From contig OZ237765.1 of the NCBI GenBank assembly GCA_965178125.1, positions 310,001 through 374,000 on the forward strand: DNA of 64,000 bases, read 5' to 3'. Position 1 is the stretch's first letter; every line of letters begins with the position of its first letter. Below are positions 51,061 through 62,453 of the stretch, in pieces. The stretch comes from Bilabrum cf. latius (lineage: Eukaryota). The notes beneath the pieces were generated by a model that was not told the origin of the DNA, did no database searches, and saw only the letters and a program-made list of their open reading frames with translations. Made by a program: the position numbers and the translations under genes.

Positions 51061-54000
51061 ATGTCATCGAGTGACCTACATAGATAGTACAGAGAGGCTC
51101 TCGACTTTATTCGGTCGCAGATCCCGGCAGAATCTGACGATGTTAGCATTGCAGTGCCCAGTGGCTGCAGACCTGCGCGTCCATGTGCAAGCGTGTTAAC
51201 GCACATCCTCCCTCATACGTCTTCATCCTGTATTAAATGTATTGCAGGGACGGCGTATTCAGAAGCAGATCATTGAAAGGCTTGAATCCGAGTGGGACAA
51301 GCCACGCGTAGCGGCTTGGCAATTTGGAACCTAGCAGAGCTTCTCTGGGGATCGAGCGCGGCGGGCCCTCTTCTACCCCGCTGCTGAGGATGCACCAGCC
51401 ATTGTGGCTCTGCTATGCCCGCTTCACGAATCAATGCCGAAAGACCATGAAATCGTGAGACACAGTCCAACGGATTCGAACTTGCAAGTCACCACGGCAT
51501 GGTTGCGGCCAGTACACCGAAACTGTGATGCATGACATTTCCAATGCGCATCGCAGCGGAAGCTCCAAGCCTCGGTGCTAGCCGTGACGTACCTTCGCCA
51601 CACCAACCCAGCCCGGCCCTGGGAGACCGCAGCGAACCTGGTGCTCGCCGGCGGATTCGAGGCACTTGCGGGCCACGTAGCCTCCCCCGATCCTGTCATC
51701 CGGTCCCAGGCTCTTGCCACCATGGTGGCACTGACGGCCCACCCTGGGTTCGACTGGTTTGCCCCCGCGGTGGGCCCCAGGGACAGAGCACTGCACGCCG
51801 CCCTGCTGGCCCTGGCACCCCCACGCAGCCTGTTTGTGGTCCGACTGGCCTTCGACAACTTCGAGCCGGTGTTCCCTGGGTCCAGTCTCCTCGCCCTGCA
51901 GCTCCTCGCCTTTTGGTTGTCCTGGGCCCGCCGGCTCTACTCCACCGGTGGAGTGCTCCGGCTGTCGAAGGCAGTCCTGGACCGGCTCCGCGAGTGGGCT
52001 GAGGATCCTGATGAGGGAGAGAGAGGGAGGGGGGCAGGTGAGGGAGCGGGCGATCCCGCGCTGCAGCGATCGGAGCAGGAAAGGGACCTGGCGAAGCGGC
52101 TGGTGGAGGACTTTGGGCGATTCGGGGCCGCAGAGGAGCACGGGGGTGGCGAGACAGGCACAGGGGGCGACACCGCGGCGGTGCAGGGCGTGGTGGGGGG
52201 CAGTTAGGAGGGGCAGGCCAGTTGCATTGAGGAGGTTCCGCTGGTAGTGCGCGGCGCCCTCACCACGGCGGAAACGAACAAGGACGCCGCCAACCAGCAG
52301 TACGCGCGAGGTTACAACCGGCTGGCGGAGAGAGGATACACGGATGCCATCGCAGCTCTGGCACAGTGCCGAGCCGCGGCAAGCAAAGAACCAGGTGAGG
52401 GGGACAATGCCAAGTCGGGGGCATCCACTGGATCACAAGAGCAGGACAGGCAGCGACAGCAGGAGCTGGCCCCCAGCGTCGGCCCCGCCCTCGCCACGCT
52501 GCACAGCAACAGAGCCGCCGCTCGCCTCAAGATGGCGAGCGAGGCACCCGCGGGTGACCTCGAGGATCTGAGCCAGGGAACAAGCGGAGATGCTGGTGGT
52601 GTCAGTGGGCTGGTGTCCAGGTGGTCCTGGCTGTGGGAGTCGGACCCAGCGAGCGGGGCGGGCGGGCCGCAGCGTGGAAGTGGCGGTGTAGGATCACCAT
52701 GCGGTGCAGGGGGGGAAAGGCCCGGGAGGGGGTACCTGAAGATGAACGAAATGGCGCTGAGGGCCGTGCTGGAGGACAGAAAATGGGGTGATAGCAAGGG
52801 AACGAGCGCAGGCAAGGGGCCAGGGTTCGGGCTGGGCGGGCTGCTGATGGGTGCCCACACTGGTGAGGTGGGGGAAGGCAGTGCCGGGGATTTTGCCGTG
52901 GCTGGAGTTGACGTGGACGGGCAAGCGCTGCCTCCTCTGGTGGATCGCGAGACTGAGCCCCACTGTGCAGATGATTTCGACGTCGTGGCCGAGCCCAAAA
53001 AGCAAGCGGGTGCCGATGGGGAGGACCACACAGTGGATCCAGAGACAGGAAAGAAGGGGGCAGAGGGGCGGGACAAGCTGAAGGGGGAACCCGAGTGCAG
53101 GCGGCTGAAACCGAGGGCCGCTGAGCGGGAGACGAAGCGAGGAGACCACCGCAATGCGCTGCAGCTCGTCTTGCTGACCCTGTTTGACTGCGCCCGCACC
53201 CTGGCGCTGGAGCCGGGGCACTGCAAGGCGCTGCACCGCCGAGCCAGGGCGCTCGCGCTAGTACCCGGCCTGGAGGACGCAGCAGTCAGCGCCGCGGAGG
53301 CCTCGCTAGCTGCTGTGCGGGAGTCGCTGGCCCGCGGCGAGCTGGAGGAGGGCAAGGGTCGAGAGATGGAGAGGGACGGTGAGGTTTTGGCTCGGCGCAT
53401 GAGGTCCAGGGCGGAAGATAGGAAGGACGCGATGGCCGCCGAAGGAGTTGGTGGTGCAGGCGCTGTCGCAGATAGGGATGGGGTTGGCGCGAGGGAGGTA
53501 GGATGGTCCGGTGGTGGATTGGAGGCGGGGCTGGCGGGTGGTGTGCTGGCTGCTCTCTTGCGGCGAGAAGACTTTGGCGGCAGCGGAGTTGGTATCGGTG
53601 CAGGGCTGGAAGAGGCCGAGAGAAGGCTGCAACACAGGGGGTTGGGACATCAGGTGGAAGGCAGTGGGGCTGCACCACCCGAGCGAATGGCTGCTGCCTA
53701 GTCTAGCAGCGGTGCAGCAGCACTCGGTGCAGCGGGTGCGGGGGCTGAGTTTCAGTATGGGCAGGGCGCAGCTGCTGGCGTGGATGTGAGGGGAGGAGCG
53801 AGTGGGGTGGAAGCTCTGCTTGCAGAGGCTGGCAGGCTGAACAGGGGCACGGGAGCGTCGACTGGTGGTGCAGGTGAACATGGCGGGGGCGCTGCGAGTG
53901 GCATGGGCAAGCCGAAGGGGCCAGGAAAGTAGACAAAGAAGAAGAAGAAGGCCAGCATGTCAGCGGAGCAAGCACTCCTTGGGGCGATGGGGACTAGCAC

Positions 54001-54088
54001 AAGCAAGAGCAAGAAGAGCAAAGGCAAGGCCAAAGGCAAGGGCAAGAAATCGGATGGTGTCTTGATTGCTGGCCTTGGCATGATGTGA
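51061..54088 (+). CDS. TPR-repeat protein with N-terminal helical domain
   Basis: Split TPR motifs KDAANQQYARG..AERGYTDAI, LHSNRAAARLK and DCARTLALEPGHCKALHRRARAL. Inferred introns at about 51142-51247 and 51455-51556. About 5 in-frame TAG; TGA at 54086. The 5' exon is tentative. Confidence 0.65.
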
Positions 54089-54197
54089 CCATCTCGCGGA
54101 TACCCATGATTCGTAATCAGGATTGCCCCAAGCAACTGCATTTAGAATGCGTGCAGAGATAGGTGTTTAATGAAAGGAAACTTTAATGGGGTGGGAT

Positions 54198-55043
54198 TTA
54201 CCGACCCGACCCAGCCGTCTTCCTGCCCCGCTTGGGAGGCCCCGCCTTAACAAACACAAGTCCCTGGCTGCCGGCCGACCGCCCCGGCCTGCCCGCTGGT
54301 GCTCTCCTCTCGGCCCAGCCCATCCGCAGGAGGAGATCCATGGCCCCGCTGGCCTGCGACAGCGTCATTCTAGTCTTAATCAGCCCGGCCCCCTGCCCCT
54401 CCTCCTCCCCCGCCATGAGCTGCATGGCCTCCCTCGCCCCCGACAGCGACATGCCCGCCTCGCCCGCCTCTGACACCAGGGACCGCAGCCTCCGCAGTAC
54501 CTGCAAACAGGCGGATTTGCGGTACTTGGCAGGCAGCCTTGCCAGAAGCTCCTCGTCGTTGCGCCGCTTTTGGCGCTTCGAAGCCCCCAGCCGAGCCGTG
54601 CGCCGCATTGTGTCTGAAGATGGAGCATCGGGCTCCGTTGCGCGAGAGCGCGACCGGGCTCCTGCTGCCCGGTGCGCACTTGCTGCAGAACTAGCTCGAG
54701 TGGGGACACCTCCGGCGCGCGCTGGTCTACTCGATCCCCCCGTTGCCGGAATTCTGGGGGCAGCCACAGCCCGCAGCCTGGTACCAGTTTTGGCTGACTG
54801 CCCCCGTTTACCCGCCCTTAACTTGTCCGCCTTACGCTGTGTAAACACAGATGCTGGCGCAAGGCATTGGTTTTGAACCCGCAGCGCATTATGCAACGAT
54901 GCGATCCCGTCAGTTGCACCAACGGCTGCCGGGAGCGTCGTCTCGATCTCTCGCAGCGTGCTATCGACAAGACGGCATTGGTCCAGCAGCTCTTTCATGG
55001 ACTCCATAATCCCAACAGCAAGCTATGCATGCTCGGCTTCCAT
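54198..55043 (-). CDS. Hypothetical basic protein
   Basis: 269-aa ORF ending in TAA, extendable across the TAG at about 55023 to an ATG at 55043. No family recognised. Confidence 0.6.
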
Positions 55044-55221
55044 GGAAAGGCGGCTAGGCAGTGTATGCCCGGCACGAAGCTCGACATGCTTCTTTTCAAA
55101 TCTTGGAAACCGTGTACTTTCGGTATAATACAGAGTAATTGAAGGCTTCAACTGAACTCAGATACATCCACCTGTAGGGGTATTTCTGCGATAATCGATC
55201 CTTGTAGTATCTTATTCATAC

Positions 55222-58200
55222 ATGTCAGCTCCGGTTCCGAAGCTCTCAAACCTAGCGTCACTCGCTGTGAAGGCAAGTGGCCCCTAGGACGATGATGCTC
55301 AAGCAACGGCCACAGCGGCAGTGTTTGCGCTTCGCGAAGAGTTGTTCGAGCACGGACTGCTGTTGCCCACTCCGCATAGTGGTCCACATCCATCCATTGA
55401 TAGCTTGCTGAAGGTGGTACCCAGGATTTGTGCCAACAAACGACTTGACCTTACAAGCTGGCGTACCACTGCAAAGGAGGTGCTGAATTGGGATGTTGCT
55501 TTGGCAAATCAGTGAGGATCATGTTTCAGTGAATGTTGCTGCTGCTCGCTGTACCTGACGGAGTTTCAACTGCGCCCGCGGTTTTCGGCGGATGCGCTGG
55601 TCCATTCCTACCACAAAGAGCGGTTGCTGCTTGCTGATTGTTCTAGCTTGGGCCACTGGGCGCCATCACGTACCGAGTGTACTCGTATAAACTCCTGGAT
55701 CTTTGTTCGCAGGTGCGCCACGCTGTTTCGAGCCCTCGTCCTGACGACATCTGCGGGCCCAGCCATCCTGGCGGATGCAGGCATCGACTCGGCGACTGGC
55801 GCCTCGGAGGAAGTGCTCCCATCCCTGCCGTTCGCCCTGTTCCTTGCAGTGCAGGGCTTCCAGCGGCCCCTCAGGAGGAGCCCGTCCACGGACCCAGACG
55901 TGTTGGACATGGACTGGCCCTCTGTCGAGCAGCTCGCCACGGCCACCGCCACCTCCTCTCCGCTGGGAGGTGCTGCTGGGGCTGCCATGAGGATGCCCAT
56001 GTCCCCTGCGGCAAGGGGGGCGCAGTCCCCGGCCGCTCGGGCCGTGGCTGCAGCAGACGCATCGGCCCTGGGCAGGAGCCCAGGGTCCAGCCCGGGCATG
56101 GGCGTCCGCGGGCCCGTGGGGTCCGCCCCGGACGGCCGTGCCTCAGGGCGTGCTGCCTCGACTGCGCTGCGAGCCGCCGAGGTGCAGGCGAGGAGGCAGT
56201 GGGCGAGGCGGTGCCTGGCACCCATGCTGGATGCCGTGGCAAGAGCCGCCAGCAGCAGCAGCAGCAGCGGCGGAAGCTCGTCGTCGGGCGGCCCTTCCTC
56301 ACTGGCGGTGGCCCTGTCCGCCGTGGCTCTCGCGGGGGCGGGCCGAGGCGGGACCGGTGCGCAGGGTGTGTCTCACGGGTCGGCCGGCGGGGAGACTGCA
56401 GGTATCCACCGCCGATCGAGCCCCGATTCCTCTCCGTTGCCCAGCCCTAGGAGCCCCGATTCCACAGGGCGATCCGGGGCGGCAGGTGGGGCGAGCCCAG
56501 ACCCGCGAGCCGGCTCCACGGGCGGCAGGCACGGCAGGTCCCACGCTGCCACCATCCAGGAGGCGCTTGACTCTGTCGGGGGAACAGTGGGTGCGGGTTC
56601 CTCGGCCGCAGGGGGCTCCCCCACGTCTGCTGTTCCCTCAGTTGTAGTACCGGAGGACAGCATGGCTGCCCGCGTGGTGCGTCGGCTGACCACCCTGGGC
56701 GAGGAGGCCAGCGCGCCCGCGGCTGCCATCGCGGTAGGTGCGCCACCGTCCCCGCGGCACCCCGCCGCCGCGCTGCTCTCTCGGGCGCTGCCCCACCCCA
56801 CAGCCGAGAGAGCAGTGGCGCAGGCCATCAGAGGAGGAGGGGCGGGCGCCCTCAAGAGAAGGGGCTCGCTGGGGCAGCTGGGCTCTCCCATGGCGGGGCA
56901 GCCCCCGAGGTCCCCCCGCAGGTCCAGTTCAACGGACGGAGAGGAGAGCAGCGGGGAGGGCCAGGAGCCGTTGGCCTCCTCTGGTTCCAGCGGGACAGGG
57001 ACGGGGACTGTGGTGGGGTCGTCAGGGGCTCCCAGCGGGCCCCCGCCGCAGTCCCCGTCGCCTAGGCTCAAGCAGCGCCGGCTCTCTGGAGAGGGCGGGT
57101 CTGGCGGCTTCCGCGGCATGAGCGGCGAGGACGCTGTGTCGGTGTCGGTGGCCCCCTTGCTGGTGGTGTCCGGCGTGCTGAGGAACACAGTGGTGCACGA
57201 GTCGGCACCTCCAGAGTGGGCGCTAACGGCCGCCAAGGCGGGTGGTGGGGGCGCGGGCGGGGAGGGTCCCCACGGCCTCTCGCTGCCATCAGTGCACGTG
57301 GACGGGTGCCAAGACGCATTCGTGTACATCTTGCGGCCCGTGCGGCACGTGGCGTTCAGAGCCTGCTCGAGGACCCATCTGGTCGTGGCTGCAGCGGCAG
57401 GGGCAGTCACCGTAGACCTGTGCGAGCAGTGCAGGGTGGTGACTGCCTGCCAGGCCCTGCGGGTCACCAACTGCGCCGACCTCGAGGCCGCGGTATACGT
57501 GAGGAGCCCTCCCGCGGTATTCGGGGACTGCAGGGCCATTCGGTTCGCGCCGCACGCAGCGCCGTTCCCACTCCTGGCCGCGCACATGCGGGCGGCGGGT
57601 CTGATGCCCCGGAGCCAGGCATCCGCGCCGGATGCGGGCTGCTGGGACCGCGCCGTGGACATGTCATACAGAGCGAGGGCATCCGCCAGGGCTTCCGCGT
57701 CGAGCGGGGCCGGTGCGTCGTCCGGCAGCGGTGCCGAGGTGGCTTCGTCTGCCTCCGTGTCACAGGTGCCTCCCGCCAAGTTTTCGTTCATGGTAGTTCC
57801 CACCGCATCCGACTAGTCCAGCGGCAGCCAGGGGGGTGGCTTTAGGCTCAGTGGCAGGGGGTCAGGCGATAGGGATGGGGATGGTGCCGGCGAGGGGAAA
57901 GAAGACGGCGACTCTCCCTCCTCCAGCAAGGGCAAGAGTCGGCTGTCGAGGAAAAGGAGTCTTCTTAGCGGTGGATTCTAGGAGGAGGGCGGGGCCGTTC
58001 CGCTGCCGAGCGACTACAGAGATGCGATGAAGGCGAGGCTGAGGCAGGTGAGAGAAGTTCGGCGGGAGATTCGAGATGCCGGGCTGGACCAGGACCAGCA
58101 GGGGACGCTGCAGGGTGCTATCCAGGCCCACTTCCGGGAGTGGTTGCTGAGCTCGGGGCGGCTGCGCCAGGTGAGCGACTTAGTGAGGATCTTCGGGGGG

Positions 58201-58461
58201 CAGGATGACGGAGGGGTGGATGGTGGTGAGGCGAGGCAGGGCGCCAGGGAGGCCGTGCAGGCTGCCATGGAGGGGGCTGCGGCCGAGGGCACAGAGCTAC
58301 GGGTGGGATCCACGACACCACTACGGCTGCAGGCGCCCCCCGCCGGATTCGGGACTAGCAGCCCGCCGGAAGGCACTGATGCGGATAGGGCTGACCCGGG
58401 GAACAGGGGAGCAAAGGCTGGTGAGCAGCTTGGGGCGAGAAACGCGCCAGGTGAGAATTGA
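55222..58461 (+). CDS. TBCCD1: TBCC domain-containing protein 1-like
   Basis: N-terminal LREELFEHGLL, C-CAP/TBCC beta-helix (VHVDGCQDAFVYILRPVRHVAFRACSRT..CEQCRVVTAC..PAVFGDCRAIRFAPH) and C-terminal IQAHFREWL..SG.LRQV.DL. Intron at 55512-55712. TAG at 55285, 57814 and about 57979; TGA stop. Confidence 0.85.
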
Positions 58462-58786
58462 TCCGGGACCGAGTTGTGTGTTGAGTGTGCCGCAAGCTTG
58501 AAAGTTTTGTGAAATCCAAAGATCCGGGTCAGACTGCATGCACTTGCAAAGGTCTGAATATCCTCTGTGATTCAAAATTGGAATATGAGCAGTATGCTTG
58601 AACGTCTTAGCTCCAATACAATACCTCAAGCTCGTTTGGATCCTGTTCTGACCGACCAAGTTGACTTACCCCAGACCCGGAGGATGTAGATCCTTACCGG
58701 AGGTACAGGGTATACCCGTTGGCCTAAATTCTTCGCAGGTGCTACCCAGACCCCGATTGAAATCGAGCATTTGCGTCGCCACCTCT

Positions 58787-59841
58787 TCATCCGAATGCTA
58801 GTCGCTTGCGCCCCCTCATCTGCACCTCCTCGTACCGAGCCAACACAGGTGCAGCCTCTTCGGCCCCAGCTGCTGCATATGCCTTCAGAACTGCGTCCCA
58901 GAGGCTCCCAGCGGACGGGTGTGTCGAATCCAGTGCTCGTTTTAGGACGTACAAGTCCACTGCTTTGTCTTCAGCGCCATGCGACTGCGAGCACAAGCCG
59001 AGGTCGATGGGAGCCACGCGGGCTTCTGTACTTGCCATGCGATCAGATAGCGCTGCCGCAGCATCCGATGGGGAAGGAGCTAGCGACGACGACCCGCCGC
59101 TGCTGGCACTGCTGCTGCTGCTGCTGCTGCTGCTTCTCGTAGGCGCAGCAGGGGGCAATACTTCTGAGGGCAGAGCCGGGGCATCGGGTAGTACCATAAA
59201 GTTGCTCGTCGTCAGGTCCCCATGGACCAGGTGAGAGCTGTGCATCGCCCACACTGCTCGCCCAATAGACGATGCTATACTGACTGACTGCTGCTCCGAA
59301 GGCGACTCCTCGATGGCTTGCCTTGCGACGACGCCCTCCAATTTTGATACAACCAGCACACCTTCCTCTGCATCAACCATCAACGGCACCGGTGCCGGCA
59401 GCCCCAGCTTACGACAACGCACCAGGCCGCGAGCCTCCTGCGATGATACATTCAACAAGCAACGTCTTCACGGGACGCATTGAACGCAAAAGAGCGGGAC
59501 AGCAAATGTAGCATGCTCATTACACTGATCTCACTCCCATGGTCCTCGACCGTCGGAGCTTATCGTCAAGATCGGGATGCCTGTACTTTTTTCGAAACCT
59601 TATCTTCAATATTGCTGGTACACCAACGAAAATGCCCTCATATACTCTCTGCACGATGAATGGATTCGTACATTCGGTCTACCTGAGCATCAAGAAGGCA
59701 GACGTGCGCCAGCATCAAGACACCGTCGCTACAACTTACTCCTTCGGCGCCCTATGCCAGCAAAGAGAAACCTTCGAATCCTTTCGGCGGCGGGAATGTA
59801 GTATCTATACTGTTCGAAGGAGCATCGCCGGCTGCCGCCAT
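58787..59841 (-). CDS. BUD32: Bud32/TP53RK (PRPK) kinase, KEOPS complex subunit, 3 exons
   Basis: LLA*GAEG|RVY, KIRFRKKYRHPDLD, EAR.L.RCR..G, VHGDLTTSNFM, EDKAVDLYVL.RA..STHP and RGRKR..FG. Introns at 59649-59739 and 59438-59534; TGA stop. Confidence 0.95.
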
Positions 59842-60002
59842 ATTGTTTAAAGCAAAGGGTGGGGTGCGACAGCCAATCACAGTGTGTGGTTGCAGTCATT
59901 GCACTGCTGGCCGGGCAGTGTCATCCTCGTGCTGTGGTCAACTCCATAGCTTGAACAGCGGTTCCCAAATTCGCACGCCTTGGATTCATACATCAAACAA
60001 TG

Positions 60003-62000
60003 TCAGTGTTCCGCACCCCGGCGTCTCGTTGACACGTTCACCCGCACCACCGGCCGGTCCCCAGCAGCGCTGCTGCCCGCCAGAGAGTCTTCCTCTTCGA
60101 TTCCGCCGGCCTCGTATCGACGTCCCCGCCCATGACCCGCCCCCCTACCGACCCCTTCCTATCCCCGCGAGGAGCCGCCGGTCCTTGTATCCCTCCCCCG
60201 ATCCCCTCCCCACTCAGGCCACAGCGGCTTCCACGCCCGGTCTCTGGGCTCCTGGTCGATCTGCAGGTGCCTGTCTTCACCAGCACTGTCATCATCCTGC
60301 TGCTTGCCTTCCTGCATCATACCCCCCCTGCCCCTCCGCCCGCGCCCCGCCTCCCCTTCCGCTCTGATCCTCAGGTTCCTCTCCCTCGCCAGGGCCACCT
60401 CTGTTCTCCGCAGCATCTCCCTCACCCCAGCAAGCTCCCGCCGCAAAGACCTCTCTAGCAGTCTGCTCTCACGCTCCCGCCCGGCCAACTCGGCCAGGAA
60501 TCCAGCCCGCGCCTCCTCCCCTGCACCCGCCAGCGCCCGCCTGTGGCCCTCCGTCTCGGCTGCTGCCCTGGCCGCCTGCGCCCGAAGCTCTGTCCGGAGT
60601 GCGGTGGCCATACGACGGGCCGCGCTAGTGGCTCGTGCCGCGTCCTCGGCCACCCCTCTTGCCTCGGCGGCTTCCTGCCTCGCCGCCCCTACCTCCCGCT
60701 CCGCCCTGACCGCCCTCGCCTTCGCCTCTTGTGTCTCTTCCTTTGCCTCTCGCAGCTGTCCCTTGAGCCGAGTCACCTCCAGCTCCAGCTCTGCAGCACG
60801 TCTGGCCTGCGCCGAGGATCTCCCCAGCTCGTCCAGCACCTTCTCCTGCCGCGCCCTGCTCTGTTCCCTGGCCCTACGCGCCTCCTGCAGCAGCCGCTCC
60901 CTGTCCTCCTGTGAGGACCCACCGGTCGTGTCTGGGCCACTGCTGCCCCTGCTGCCGCTGTTGTCGGCCAGGTCGAGGAAGGAGCGGTGGGGGACACCAT
61001 CCTCCTCGTCCTCGCCCCCCTGCTGAGTGCGGGTCGTGGCTGCCATTCGGCTTCGAGTCAGGGCCCCGAACGGCTCCGAGTCATCCGAGGCCGTGTCCAT
61101 ACCGTGCACCCCGGGCCCCCTAGCGCCCGCAACCCCGGCCTCGACCCCCGATTCCTGTGACGAGTCAAACAGTGAGGCGCCAAGCCTGGTGGCTACAATG
61201 GAGCGGCCCTCGTCTGATACTCTGGCGGACCCCTTGGCTCGCCTGCGAGCCGCAGCGGCTGCCGAAGCCCCCGCCATGACCGCTGCGGCCATGGCCCCTT
61301 CGGACCCTGACTCAGATTCCGAATCATTGCTACCGTCGGAGCTTCCATCCAGCAGCCCAATGGACCGCTGGGGACGGGCCCGGCCAGCGGTGGTCTCTCT
61401 GACTCTGGCACTGCCTCTGCCAGTGGGCTGCATGTCGCCTGCACCACGAGCACGAGCACCAGCACCAGCACGCCTGTCAGATGCCGATGAGGCGATCCCA
61501 GAAGAAGAAGATGCCACGGATGGTTCGTTTCTAGTTGAAGCACCAGTGGCAGCGGCGGTGATTCCGGGGCGTCCACGGGCCCGGCTGGACCTCGAGGGGC
61601 CGGTCCACTCCAGGGCAACTGCTCCTCGCCAGTGCTCGCTCTCCCCCGCAGTGCTCCTATCAGGGCTAGACTCTATAGGAAAATGCTATTCAACGCGTCT
61701 CTCTGCGCCTTGAAATCGTCTTTGGGTGGCGCTAAGCGTCCGGTCCAAAGGGTCTTCGCTAGATTCGACTGTCCCCGCCGGGCTGCGTTGGTCGCGGCCA
61801 GAACGCTGGTCCGCAGCTGGAGCTGCGCCTTTGTGCTGGGACAGTATACCGCGATGACGCGCAGTTGGACTCAGCATGCGCTGCGTCCCTCCACCATCTT
61901 GGCCCGAAGGGCCCCGCAAGCCGAACGAATCGGAGGAGGATGCTTCTGGCCCAACAACAGACGAGTCCTCGTCCGAGCTGCGGAAGAGGCTCGAAGCCAT
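60003..62000 (-). CDS. Hypothetical coiled-coil protein with acidic/Ser-rich N-terminus
   Basis: Same-frame ORFs are joined across TAG at 61686 and 60159. Heptad-like E/A/R-rich region at about 60350-60900; TGA at 60003. Confidence 0.7.
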
Positions 62001-62453
62001 GCTTTATTAATGAAGAGTGAAAACCGTTTAGTGGCTACTGTTTCCACTGATGGCCTTTTGCGGTCGCTCAACCGAACTCGCGCGGCTGCAAGATTCCGAG
62101 TCTAGCGCCGCAGCCGCCGTGGCTTGATTTTGCGACGAGCAGCACCTGGACGCCAGTGTTTATCGGAACGGCACAGGTTTACCACAGGCTTGCATCCAGT
62201 CTGGAGTTGTGACATGGAAGCAACTACAGCATCTATCGTGAGTAGCTTATGCCGCGCCGCCACTCGAATCAATGGCATGATCGCAAGTTTCGCACATTGG
62301 GCAGCGAGCGGTCGCACTGTTCGGCCTGGGCCACTGCTTGCAACGCCTCGACTTGCTAGAATCGGCATGAAGAGCCCACCAACTCGTTGATACTAAAACA
62401 CCAGTTCTTTGATCCCAAGTACTAGCGCGCGCCTGACGTGTTTCCCTCCCTCC

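Noticed and set aside
55148-55393. Minus-strand 81-aa ORF as an upstream exon of the 54198 gene
   Set aside because: It overlaps the plus-strand first exon of TBCCD1, which has a recognisable N-terminal motif.
58660-58780. ACTTACC motif suggesting U1 snRNA
   Set aside because: The downstream sequence lacks recognisable U1 stem-loop and Sm-site features. It is more likely chance or a minus-strand GTAAGT donor in a 3' UTR.
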